Assembly (NCBI GenBank): GCA_964436275.1
Contig: CAYTBZ010000002.1
Span: 13,660-77,659, forward strand
Direction of reading: 5' to 3'
DNA length: 64,000 nt
Source of the DNA: an uncultured Gammaproteobacteria bacterium
Lineage (GTDB): Bacteria; Patescibacteriota; Patescibacteriia; UBA2591; CAYTBZ01
The notes under the pieces are model-generated. The model searched no databases, had not been told where the DNA came from, and saw only the letters and a program-made list of their open reading frames with translations. Both the position numbers and the translations under genes were made by a program. Position 1 is the stretch's first letter; each line of letters begins with the position of its first letter. Shown here piece by piece: positions 19,710 through 28,294 of the stretch.

Positions 19710-20471
19710 ATGGGTATAATTATTAAAACTTCTTCAGAAATTGCTCTTCTTCAAAAAGGAGGTTTAATTTTAGGAAGAATTCTACAAAAAGTCGCTCAGA
19801 GAGTAAAACCAGGAATCTCTACTTTAGAATTAGATATTTTAGCCGAAAACTTAATCAAACAAGAAGGAGGGGAGCCGAGTTTTAAAGGATATCGAGGGTT
19901 TCCGGCAACTCTTTGTACTTCAGTTAATGAGGAGGTCGTTCATGGCATTCCTTCGGCTGAGAGAATATTAAAAGAAGGAGATATTATTGATTTGGATATA
20001 GGCATGAAATATCAAGGTCTTTTTACTGATATGTCTATGACAGTTGGTGTTGGCAAAATTGACCAAAAAGCCAGAGAATTAATTGAAGTTACTTATCAGG
20101 CCTTGCTTAAGGGTATTGCTCAGGTTGCTCCGGGAAAATATACAGGTGATATAGGTTTTGCTATTCAGAATTTTGTTGAAAAAAGGGGCTTTTCTGTGGT
20201 AAGAGAATTAGTTGGTCACGGAGTAGGGAAGAAAGTTCATGAGGAGCCTGATATTCCCAATTACGGTAAAAAGGGAGAGGGGGTAAAATTAAGAAAGGGA
20301 ATGGTTATAGCCATTGAGCCAATGGTTAATCAAGGAGATTGGCGAATAATCATTAAGGATAATGGCTGGACAGCTGTTACAGCTGATCATTCACTTTCTG
20401 CCCATTTTGAACAAACAGTAGCCGTAACTGAAAAAGGTTATCAAATTTTAACTCCATTGTTTTTCCCTTAA
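19710..20471 (+). CDS. map: Methionine aminopeptidase type I
   Basis: 253-aa pita-bread fold with the metal ligands D..D..H..E..E, in the canonical position after adk. Confidence 0.92.
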   Translation: MGIIIKTSSEIALLQKGGLILGRILQKVAQRVKPGISTLELDILAENLIKQEGGEPSFKGYRGFPATLCTSVNEEVVHGIPSAERILKEGDIIDLDIGMKYQGLFTDMSMTVGVGKIDQKARELIEVTYQALLKGIAQVAPGKYTGDIGFAIQNFVEKRGFSVVRELVGHGVGKKVHEEPDIPNYGKKGEGVKLRKGMVIAIEPMVNQGDWRIIIKDNGWTAVTADHSLSAHFEQTVAVTEKGYQILTPLFFP

Positions 20472-20479
20472 TTCTTTCT

Positions 20480-20872
20480 ATGTCTAAAAGGATTTTAGCT
20501 GTTGATTATGGAGAAAAATTTATTGGCTTTGCTTTATCTGATAGAAGAAAAAAAATTGCTTTTCCTTATAAGATTGTTCAAAATAAAGGCAAGGAGTGTT
20601 TTTTAGAAGAAATAAGAAAAATTTGTCAAAAAGAAAAAATTGAAAAAATTATTTTTGGGTTGCCTATAGGCCTTTCAGGCAGAGAAACAAAACAAACGCA
20701 AAGGGTAAAAGTATTAGTTAACTATTTAAGCAAAAAAATAAATCTTCCTATTGAGTTGGTAGATGAAAGAATGAGTAGTAAAATTGTTCAGAAAACATTT
20801 TCTAAAAAGAGGAAAAGAATAGACAATTTATCAGCAACAATTATTTTGCAAAGTTATTTAGAAAAATATTAA
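20480..20872 (+). CDS. ruvX: YqgF/RuvX putative Holliday junction resolvase / pre-16S rRNA nuclease
   Basis: ILAVDYGEKFIGFALSD in a 130-aa RNase H-like fold. Confidence 0.8.
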   Translation: MSKRILAVDYGEKFIGFALSDRRKKIAFPYKIVQNKGKECFLEEIRKICQKEKIEKIIFGLPIGLSGRETKQTQRVKVLVNYLSKKINLPIELVDERMSSKIVQKTFSKKRKRIDNLSATIILQSYLEKY

Positions 20873-20874
20873 TT

Positions 20875-21984
20875 ATGATTTATCTTCTTATCTTTATCTG
20901 TTCAACAATTCTTTCTTTTTTTCTTACTTTTTTAGTTAAGAATTTTGCTCAAAAAAGAAAAATACTTGATTATCCCGAAAGAGCGCCCCAAAGAAAAATT
21001 CATACTCGTCCTATTCCCTTATTAGGCGGTTTGGCTATCTTTTTCTCTTTTTTTATCATTTTGTTTATTCTTGGTCTTGTTAGGCCTTCTCTTTTTCAGG
21101 CTATTCCTCTAAAAAAAATTTTAGGAATATTTGTCGGAAGTATTTTTATTATGGTCGGAGGTTATTTAGATGACAAGTATAATCTCAAGCCCTCACAACA
21201 GATAATTTGGCCTATTTTGGCTGTTTTGACGGTGATTGCTGCTGGAATTGGAGTTGATTACGTAACTAATCCTTTTGGCGGAGTGATTCATTTAGATAAA
21301 TATAAATTTTTTCTTTTTTCTTTTCGGGGTATTCCTTATTATTTTACTTTATTTGCTGATATTTTTACCTTTGTTTGGTTAATGACAATTATTTACGCTA
21401 CTAAATTTTTGGATGGTTTAGACGGCTTAGTTTCTGGTTTAGGAGTAATTGGTGGGGTTATTATTGCTTTTCTTTGTCTTTTTACCAAATTTTTTCAACC
21501 AGAAGTTGCTCTTATTTCTTTAATTTTTTCCGGTGCTTGTTTGGGCTTTTTATTTCTTAATTTTCATCCAGCCAAGATATTTTTAGGAGAAGGGGGCTCG
21601 GTTTTTTGTGGTTTTATTCTAGGCAATTTAGCTATAATTTCTGGCGGAAAAATTGCTACTGCTCTTTTAGTTTTGGCTATCCCTATTTTAGATTTAATTT
21701 GGGTTATTATAAGGCGGATTTTTAAAGAAAAAAAAGCCCCTTGGTTAGCCGACAAAAAACATCTCCATTTTCGTTTATTAGATTTCGGTCTTTCTCATCG
21801 TCAGGCAGTTCTTTTTCTTTATTTGATTGCTTTATTTTTTGGTTTATTAACTCTTTTTTTAAAAAGTTGGCAAAAACTTATTACTCTTTTAGTTTTAATT
21901 TGTCTTGTTTTTTTCCTTTTTTGGCTAATCAATCATTCTCTAAAAAATAAAAATAAACAGATTTCTAATAAAAAGGCACCTTAA
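20875..21984 (+). CDS. Glycosyltransferase family 4 (MraY/WecA family) UDP-HexNAc:undecaprenyl-phosphate sugar-1-phosphate transferase, WecA/TagO-like
   Basis: DYPERAPQRKIHTRPIPLLGGLAIF and FLDGLDGL motifs in a polytopic membrane protein. Confidence 0.8.
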   Translation: MIYLLIFICSTILSFFLTFLVKNFAQKRKILDYPERAPQRKIHTRPIPLLGGLAIFFSFFIILFILGLVRPSLFQAIPLKKILGIFVGSIFIMVGGYLDDKYNLKPSQQIIWPILAVLTVIAAGIGVDYVTNPFGGVIHLDKYKFFLFSFRGIPYYFTLFADIFTFVWLMTIIYATKFLDGLDGLVSGLGVIGGVIIAFLCLFTKFFQPEVALISLIFSGACLGFLFLNFHPAKIFLGEGGSVFCGFILGNLAIISGGKIATALLVLAIPILDLIWVIIRRIFKEKKAPWLADKKHLHFRLLDFGLSHRQAVLFLYLIALFFGLLTLFLKSWQKLITLLVLICLVFFLFWLINHSLKNKNKQISNKKAP

Positions 21985-21992
21985 TGGTGCCT
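21974..21992. terminator. Bidirectional hairpin AGGCACC-ttaat-GGTGCCT between convergent genes
   Basis: Perfect 7-bp stem spanning the stop of the + gene. The minus-strand gene ends at 22000. Confidence 0.55.
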
Positions 21993-21999
21993 CTTAGTT

Positions 22000-22362
22000 T
22001 TATTTCTTATTTTTTAATTTTTCATAGCCTCGTTGATAGGCCCTTGCTTCCTCTTCTGAAGGAACTTTTAATCTAATGAGTTCTTCTTTAATTTGTTCTA
22101 CCTCTTCAACTGTGGCATTGTTGGCTACTGCCTCCTCGTATTGCTTTAATACCTCTTTCTGTTCTTTAGAAAGTTTTTCCTCCATTTTTCCTCCTTTTTG
22201 AATTAACTCTCTTTTTATCTTTTCAGTGAACTCAATAAGGAAATTCGCTGGCATACCCGTTTTAGCGAGTTTTCTTTTCCATTTACATTCTTCCACTTTG
22301 TCGTTTCTGATTATTGCTTCTGTAAGTTTAATGAGCAATCTCTGTTGGTTCCGGTTTAGCAT
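22000..22362 (-). CDS. Hypothetical protein
   Basis: 120-aa ORF with a strong RBS (AAGGAGGG) upstream on the minus strand. No recognisable domain. Confidence 0.5.
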   Translation of the reverse strand: MLNRNQQRLLIKLTEAIIRNDKVEECKWKRKLAKTGMPANFLIEFTEKIKRELIQKGGKMEEKLSKEQKEVLKQYEEAVANNATVEEVEQIKEELIRLKVPSEEEARAYQRGYEKLKNKK

Positions 22363-22432
22363 TTTCCCTCCTTTTCCTTTTAAGGTTTAACTTTAATCTA
22401 CCTTTTTGTTAAATTTATCAAATAAAAATTTT

Positions 22433-22471
22433 CTGTCAATCATTGACAGTTTTTGGATAATTATTTAAAAT
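22433..22471. promoter_or_regulatory. Divergent promoters built on the palindrome CTGTCAAT-C-ATTGACAG; plus-strand TTGACA-17-TAAAAT for rplU
   Basis: Palindrome at 22433-22449. Plus-strand -35 TTGACA at 22443-22448 and -10 TAAAAT at 22466-22471. Minus-strand TTGACA-16-TAAATT for the gene at 22000..22362. Confidence 0.55.
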
Positions 22472-22499
22472 TTTATCATTAAAACCTAATTTAATTTTT

Positions 22500-22823
22500 A
22501 TGAAAATTGCTGTTATTAAAACTGGAGGAAAACAGTATTTAGTCAAAAAAGGCGATGTTGTTAAAATTGAGAAGATAAAGAACAAAAAAGAAGGTGAAGA
22601 GCTTGAAATCAAAGAAGTTTTACTAATAAGTGATGAGAAAGGAGAGAAATTTCAGATAGGAACTCCTTTTATTTCCGGAGCAAAAGTGTTGGTTAAGATA
22701 ATCGAAGAAGGGCGCGATAAGAAAATTAAAGTAGTTAAATATCGTCCAAAAACGCGGTATAGCAAGGTCCAGGGGCACCGCCAGAATTATATGAAAATCC
22801 AAATTAAAGACATTATTGTTTAA
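22500..22823 (+). CDS. rplU: 50S ribosomal protein L21
   Basis: MKIAVIKTGGKQYLVKKGDVVKIEK...KYRPKTRYSKVQGHRQNYMKIQI. Confidence 0.9.
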   Translation: MKIAVIKTGGKQYLVKKGDVVKIEKIKNKKEGEELEIKEVLLISDEKGEKFQIGTPFISGAKVLVKIIEEGRDKKIKVVKYRPKTRYSKVQGHRQNYMKIQIKDIIV

Positions 22824-22844
22824 AGATAATTCTTTAATAAAAAT

Positions 22845-22872
22845 GGTCCTCAAATGAGGACCTTTATTTTTT
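22845..22872. terminator. Bidirectional rho-independent terminator GGTCCTC-aaat-GAGGACC followed by T-run
   Basis: Perfect 7-bp stem. A U-run follows on the + side and an A-run precedes it for the - side. Confidence 0.7.
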
Positions 22873-23107
22873 AATTATTTTCGCTGATGATTTTTATTTT
22901 CTCCTTTCTCCTTTCCTCTTCTGCTTTTTTCTCAGCAATTTTAGATGCTTCATCTGCTCGGAAAAAGTAATAGCAATAAAAGACAAGGCCAAAACCGACC
23001 CAGAAAACTACTTGTCCTGTTAAAAGAGCAAGGATTTCAAAAGTCAGAGTAAGGATGAGTAGAATGAGATAATATTTTTCCTTATCTCTTTTACCTTTTT
23101 TGGACAA
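22871..23107 (-). CDS. Small membrane protein (hypothetical)
   Basis: 78 aa. RBS AAGGAGG. Two predicted TM helices and an E/K-rich tail. Confidence 0.5.
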   Translation of the reverse strand: MSKKGKRDKEKYYLILLILTLTFEILALLTGQVVFWVGFGLVFYCYYFFRADEASKIAEKKAEEERRKEKIKIISENN

Positions 23108-23125
23108 TTTTACCTCCTTCTTAGT

Positions 23126-23740
23126 TTAAAGAACCTTTTTTCTTTCTTTTATTGCATTAGTTAAAGTAACCGGATCAGCGTATTCTAAACTTCCGCCCAA
23201 AGGCAAACCGCGGGCTAAACGGGTAAATTTTATTTTATTTTTATATTTTTTAAAAATTTTTAACAAATAAAGAATTGTCGTCTCACCAGCCATATCAGGA
23301 TTAAAAGCAAAGACAATTTCTTTGATGGCAGGCCTGCTTTTTTCTATTCGAGAAATCAATTTTTTAAGTCGTAATTTATTCAAATTCCTATTTTTTAGGG
23401 GATCAACAACTCCTCCTAAAACAAAATAAACACCTTTATATTCTCCAGTTTTTTCTATGGCTAAAAGTTCCTGAGGGCTGCTGACTAAGCAGATAGTGGA
23501 ATGGTCTCTCTTGCTGTCATTGCAGATAGGACAGGGTTTCTTTTCTACATAATTAAAACAAAGAGGACAAAGAGAAATTTTTGATTCAAGTTCTTTCAAA
23601 AGCGCTATTAATTTTTCTCTTGTTTCCTTTGGTTGTTCTAATAAGTAAAAAACAAATCGTTCAGCACCTTTTTGTCCGATATTAGGGAATTTAGTAAATT
23701 CAGCAATTAATTTTTGGATAGTTTTAGGATAAGTAACCAT
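23126..23740 (-). CDS. recR: Recombination protein RecR
   Basis: CPLCFNYVEKKPCPIC zinc finger plus a Toprim domain. Confidence 0.9.
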   Translation of the reverse strand: MVTYPKTIQKLIAEFTKFPNIGQKGAERFVFYLLEQPKETREKLIALLKELESKISLCPLCFNYVEKKPCPICNDSKRDHSTICLVSSPQELLAIEKTGEYKGVYFVLGGVVDPLKNRNLNKLRLKKLISRIEKSRPAIKEIVFAFNPDMAGETTILYLLKIFKKYKNKIKFTRLARGLPLGGSLEYADPVTLTNAIKERKKVL

Positions 23741-23745
23741 TTGTT

Positions 23746-25122
23746 TTATTTTTCAATACTTTCTGTCTCAGTTATTCTTTTTTCTAAATTTTTAAAACTT
23801 ACTTTTTCTGTATCAAAATAAAGTTGGATAACTCCAGTAGGACCATTTCGATGCTTAGCAATATAGATATCTGCAATATGTTTTTTCTCTGTATTTGGTT
23901 TATACATTTCCTCACGGTAAATAAAGAGAACAATGTCAGCATCTTGTTCAATTGAACCTGATTCTCTTAAGTCGGCTAATTTTGGAATTGGGGGGTTGCG
24001 CGATTCTACAGCCCGGGAAAGTTGAGAAACAGCCAAGACAGGGATATTTAACTCTCTGGCAATAGCCTTTAAAGCGCGTGATATTTGCGAAACTTCTTGA
24101 ACTCGGCTTTCCGAACTTCTTTTTTGCCCACTTTCCATTAATTGAAGGTAATCAACTATAAGGAGGCCAAGACCATGTTCAGCTTGGAGTCGTCTTGCTT
24201 TTGTTCTAATTTCCATTACATTAGCCGTGGCTGAGTCATCGATATAAATTGGGGCTTCAGAGAGAATACCCATTGCTTGGCCAATTTTAGTAAAGTCATT
24301 AACTTCTCCTTTATCAGAAAGATGACCAGTTCTCATTTTCCAAAGATCAACATCTGCTTGAGCACAAAGTAAGCGGTCAACTATTGATTCTTTAGACATT
24401 TCTAAACTAAAAATGCCTACAGGTATTTTAGAATTAACAGCAACTTGGCGAGCAATATCCAGGGCTAAACTACTTTTTCCCATTGAAGGGCGAGCGGCTA
24501 AAACAATAAGATCAGATTTTTGTAAACCGGCTAATTTATTATCTAAATCAATAAAATAAGTAGGAATTCCTCTTAATTTACCCGATTGTTTATGTAATTC
24601 GTCTATTCTATCAAAGGTCTCTGTAAGAACATTTTTAATTGAGACAAAAGATTGTTTTAAAAAGCGTTGTGAAACACTAAATAATTTTTGTTCTGCTTGG
24701 TCAAGAATTTTTGCCAAATCTTCAGTTTCTTGATAACCTAAATTAGTAATTTCTCCGGAGATTTGAATTAACTTTCGGAGCGTTGCTTTTTTTTGAACTA
24801 TTTGAGCATAAGAGAGAACATTACTTGCTGTAGGAACAGCATTGGCTAAACTTGCTAAATAACTTCTTCCTCCGATTAATTCTAACTGTCCCTTTTCTTT
24901 TAAACGGTTACTTAAACTGACAATGTCAACAGGTTCTCTTTTTTCATAAAGTTCAAGCATTGCTTCAAAAATTATTTGATGAGTATCTTTATAGAAATCC
25001 TCTGGTTTAATGATATCAGCGACACTGATAATGGCATCCTTATCAATTAAAAGCGCTCCAAGAACAGAGCGCTCTGCTTCAATATTTTGAGGAGGTAATT
25101 TTTCTATAGAATTTTCAGGCAT
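23746..25122 (-). CDS. dnaB: Replicative DNA helicase DnaB
   Basis: N-terminal ERSVLGALL, Walker A AARPSMGKSSLA, and a RecA-like C-terminus. Confidence 0.93.
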   Translation of the reverse strand: MPENSIEKLPPQNIEAERSVLGALLIDKDAIISVADIIKPEDFYKDTHQIIFEAMLELYEKREPVDIVSLSNRLKEKGQLELIGGRSYLASLANAVPTASNVLSYAQIVQKKATLRKLIQISGEITNLGYQETEDLAKILDQAEQKLFSVSQRFLKQSFVSIKNVLTETFDRIDELHKQSGKLRGIPTYFIDLDNKLAGLQKSDLIVLAARPSMGKSSLALDIARQVAVNSKIPVGIFSLEMSKESIVDRLLCAQADVDLWKMRTGHLSDKGEVNDFTKIGQAMGILSEAPIYIDDSATANVMEIRTKARRLQAEHGLGLLIVDYLQLMESGQKRSSESRVQEVSQISRALKAIARELNIPVLAVSQLSRAVESRNPPIPKLADLRESGSIEQDADIVLFIYREEMYKPNTEKKHIADIYIAKHRNGPTGVIQLYFDTEKVSFKNLEKRITETESIEK

Positions 25123-25257
25123 TTTTCTTTTTTATTTATTCTGGTATATCTTATCTTAATGATAAAATTTTATCAAGAGGAGTTTTACACAAATTGTCCA
25201 CTTTACCTATTGTTTTTTTAAAAAGGATTTAATATAATTTATTTAAACTTTGTCTAA

Positions 25258-25328
25258 GCCCCCGTAGCTCAATGGTAGAGCAGTGGCCTTTTAAGCCATT
25301 GATTAGGGTTCGATTCCCTACGGGGGTA
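25258..25328 (+). tRNA. tRNA-Lys (anticodon UUU)
   Basis: Cloverleaf with a GCCCCCG acceptor arm (G1·U pair), D arm GCTC/GAGC, anticodon arm GTGGC-cTTTTaa-GCCAT and a TTCGATT T-loop. No encoded CCA. Confidence 0.85.
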
Positions 25329-25335
25329 TTTTTTA

Positions 25336-25344
25336 TGATATAAT
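25336..25344 (+). promoter_or_regulatory. Extended -10 TGATATAAT placed 6 nt before the ATPase ATG (leaderless)
   Basis: TGATATAAT at 25336-25344, then ATAAAT, then the ATG at 25351. Confidence 0.45.
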
Positions 25345-25350
25345 ATAAAT

Positions 25351-28038
25351 ATGAATAAAAAATATTTATGGTACAATTTATCAGTAAAAAAGGTTTTGGA
25401 AATTCTAAAAACTAATGAGCAGGGTCTTTCTGATGAGGAAGCAAAGAAAAGGATAGCCAAGTTTGGACCAAATAAAATTCTTAGAGAAAAACCAATAGCC
25501 AAAAGCAAGATTTTTTTAAATCAATTTAGAAGTCCATTGGTTTATATTCTGTTCTTTGCTGGAATTATCTCTCTTATTTTAGGTGAAAATACTGATTCTT
25601 TTATTATTTTCTTAGCTTTGATTGTTAATGCCATTTTTGGTTTTTGGCAAGAAAATAAAAGTAGTCAAACATTAGAAAAACTTAAACATTTCTTAAAGAC
25701 AAAAATTACTGTCTTAAGAGAAGGGAAGTTAAAAGAAGTTTGGCAGGAGGAGATTGTTCCTGGTGATATCATAGTTTTTTATTCAGGGAACAAAATTCCT
25801 GCTGATATTCGTTTGATAGAAAGTCACAATCTTAAAGTGAGTCAAGCCGCCTTAACAGGAGAATGGCTGGCTGTAGATAAAAATAAAAATAAAATAGCCG
25901 AAGATACTCCCTTAGCCGAGAGAAGCAATATGATTTATGCTGGTTCTCTTATTGAAAGGGGTTGGGGTAAAGGAGTAGTGGTCGCAGTAGGTCAGGAAAG
26001 TGAGCTGGGAAAGATATCCTTAATGATTCAAAAAATAAAGGATGAAAAGACGCCTCTTCAAAAAAGAATGACTCGTTTTAGCAAGACAGTAGGAATATTT
26101 TTTGTTTTTATTTGTTTGGGAATTTTTTTAGGAGGAATTTTAAGAAAAACCGATGTTTTACAAATGTTTGAAACTTCAGTAGCCATTGCTGTAGGTGGTA
26201 TTCCTGAAGCATTACCAATTACCTTGACAGTGATTTTGGCTTTAGGAATGGAGAGAATTTTAAAAAAGGGAGGGCTGATTAAACAATTATCTTCAGTAGA
26301 AACTCTTGGTTCCACTTCTGTTATTTGTTGTGATAAAACTCTTACTTTAACCGAGGGGAAAATGTCCCTTACTAAAATTTTCAGTTTAGAAGGAAGTGCA
26401 TCCATAAAAAAAGTTAATTATTTGAAAGAAAAGAAATCCTTTTTCCTTGGTTTAAAAACTGCTGCCTTAGCTAATCAGGCCTATATAGAAAATCAAGAGG
26501 GGAATATAGAAGATTGGATTATTCGTGGAAGCCCTACAGATCAAGCGCTTCTTCGTGGTCCTTTGGAAGCCGGTTTACGGTTAGAAGAATTAACTCGAGA
26601 TTTAATTTTAATAGAGAGAATTGAATTTGAACCAACCTATAAATATCAGGCAGCGCTTTATCAAATTAAAGGGAAAGAAAATAAGTTTATTCTTTTTATT
26701 AGTGGAGAACCAGAAAAACTTTTAAGGTTGAGTAAAAATGTAGTTTATTCAAAGGGGGAGAAGAAGATTAAGGAGAAAGAGAAGCATTATTTTCAAAGAA
26801 AAATTACTGATTTAAGCAATCAGGGTTTAAGAATAGTTGGTTTGGCTTATAAAAAAATATCCTCATCTTCTTTGTCTGGCTTTTCTTCAGATAAAATAAG
26901 ATTATTAGTTAAAGATTTAACTTTTGTTGGACTTGTTTCTTTGGCAGATCCTTTAAGAAAGGGTGTCAAAGAGTCAATTAAGCTTTGTCAAGAGGCAGGG
27001 CTTACTTTAGTGATTGCTACTGGCGACCATAAGAACACAACTAGAGCTTTAGCTAGAGAACTTAATTATAAAGTAAAAGATAATGAAATACTTACAGGAG
27101 AACAATTAGATAAACTTTCAGATAAAGATTTATTAAGAATTGTCTCTAAAATAAAAATTTATGCCCGACTTGAGCCTCGTCATAAGATGAGAATTGTCTC
27201 TGCTTGGCAAAAGAAAGGTAAGGTTATTGCTATGACAGGAGATGGAATAAACGATGCTCCAGCCATTAAAAAGGCAGATATTGGCTTAGCGCTCGGTTCA
27301 GGAACCGAAGTTGCTAAAGAAGCTGCTGATCTTGTTCTTCTCAATGATAGTTTTTCTACGATTGTTCAAACAATAAAAGAGGGAAGAGTGATTATTGATA
27401 ATATCAGAAAATCAATTGCTTATGTTTTATCAGATTCCTTAACTTCAGTTGTTTTAGTTGGTTTTGCTCGAGTTATTTTTGGTTGGCCCCTTCCTATTCT
27501 TCCTGCCCAAATTCTTTGGAATAATTTTATAGAAGATACCTTGCCTAATCTCTCTTATGCTTTTGAACCGGCTGAAGGAGATGTAATGAAAAGGAAACCA
27601 GAACCGCCTCATCATTCTATTTTTACTAAAGAAATGAAGACGCTTATTTTCATTACTGGTTTAATTGATCAGTTTATCGCCTTATTTTTCTTTTGGGTTC
27701 TTTGGGGGTATTTAGGTCTTGGTTTGGACTATGTTAGAACAATGGTTTTCGGTCTTATTTCCTTGGATACGGCTTTTGTTATTTTTTCTTATAAAAATCT
27801 TCGTAAAAACATTTGGCAGATAAATCCTTTTTCCAATAAATTTCTCAATATTTCTTCTTTATTAGTTTTTGTTTTCTTCGCTTTGGCTGTTTATCTTCCT
27901 TTTTTACAAAAGGTCTTGCATACGGTGCCTCTTTTATTGAAGGATTGGCTAATTTTAATTATTTTTTCCTTAATAAGTGCTGGTCTTATTGAAATTACTA
28001 AATATTATTTTATTTCCCGACATTGTACAGAAGATTAG
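25351..28038 (+). CDS. P2-type cation-transporting ATPase (Ca2+/Mg2+-ATPase-like) with non-canonical catalytic motifs
   Basis: PEALP, TGDHKN and TGDGINDAPAIKKADIG motifs are present. The phosphorylation motif reads CCDKTLTLTEG (canonical DKTGT) and the A-domain motif reads TGEW (canonical TGES). Confidence 0.8.
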   Translation: MNKKYLWYNLSVKKVLEILKTNEQGLSDEEAKKRIAKFGPNKILREKPIAKSKIFLNQFRSPLVYILFFAGIISLILGENTDSFIIFLALIVNAIFGFWQENKSSQTLEKLKHFLKTKITVLREGKLKEVWQEEIVPGDIIVFYSGNKIPADIRLIESHNLKVSQAALTGEWLAVDKNKNKIAEDTPLAERSNMIYAGSLIERGWGKGVVVAVGQESELGKISLMIQKIKDEKTPLQKRMTRFSKTVGIFFVFICLGIFLGGILRKTDVLQMFETSVAIAVGGIPEALPITLTVILALGMERILKKGGLIKQLSSVETLGSTSVICCDKTLTLTEGKMSLTKIFSLEGSASIKKVNYLKEKKSFFLGLKTAALANQAYIENQEGNIEDWIIRGSPTDQALLRGPLEAGLRLEELTRDLILIERIEFEPTYKYQAALYQIKGKENKFILFISGEPEKLLRLSKNVVYSKGEKKIKEKEKHYFQRKITDLSNQGLRIVGLAYKKISSSSLSGFSSDKIRLLVKDLTFVGLVSLADPLRKGVKESIKLCQEAGLTLVIATGDHKNTTRALARELNYKVKDNEILTGEQLDKLSDKDLLRIVSKIKIYARLEPRHKMRIVSAWQKKGKVIAMTGDGINDAPAIKKADIGLALGSGTEVAKEAADLVLLNDSFSTIVQTIKEGRVIIDNIRKSIAYVLSDSLTSVVLVGFARVIFGWPLPILPAQILWNNFIEDTLPNLSYAFEPAEGDVMKRKPEPPHHSIFTKEMKTLIFITGLIDQFIALFFFWVLWGYLGLGLDYVRTMVFGLISLDTAFVIFSYKNLRKNIWQINPFSNKFLNISSLLVFVFFALAVYLPFLQKVLHTVPLLLKDWLILIIFSLISAGLIEITKYYFISRHCTED

Positions 28039-28075
28039 TTTTTATTTTTTGGTTTAAAAAATTGTGCTATAATTA

Positions 28076-28291
28076 ATGGCTAAAAGAAATTTTAAATTTT
28101 TCTATCTCCTTTCCTTAGCTTTACAATTAGGTTTTTTTATCGTCATTCCCTTGATAGGATTTTTGTTTCTGGGAATTTTTCTAGATAAAAAATTATCAAC
28201 TTCTCCTTTATTTACAATAATTTTATTTATTTTTGGTCTTAACTTTTTTAAGGGTCTGAACAATCGAGTAGTTATTTTAATTAAGGAATAG
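28076..28291 (+). CDS. Small 2-TM membrane protein (hypothetical)
   Basis: 71-aa hydrophobic ORF between the ATPase and the exchanger. Confidence 0.4.
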   Translation: MAKRNFKFFYLLSLALQLGFFIVIPLIGFLFLGIFLDKKLSTSPLFTIILFIFGLNFFKGLNNRVVILIKE

Positions 28292-28294
28292 CCA

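Noticed and set aside
25187-25195. DnaA-box-like TTGTCCACT suggesting oriC next to dnaB
   Set aside because: It is a single box with 2 mismatches. No cluster of boxes or AT-rich unwinding element pattern is present beyond the generally AT-rich background.
25269-25508. 79-aa minus-strand ORF from the ORF track
   Set aside because: It overlaps the tRNA-Lys gene and the 5' end of the P-type ATPase. The tRNA cloverleaf is far better supported.
28065-28073. TGCTATAAT as a leaderless promoter for the 71-aa ORF
   Set aside because: The -10 ends only 2 nt before the ATG at 28076, so a TSS would fall inside the coding sequence. The small ORF is more likely co-transcribed with the ATPase.
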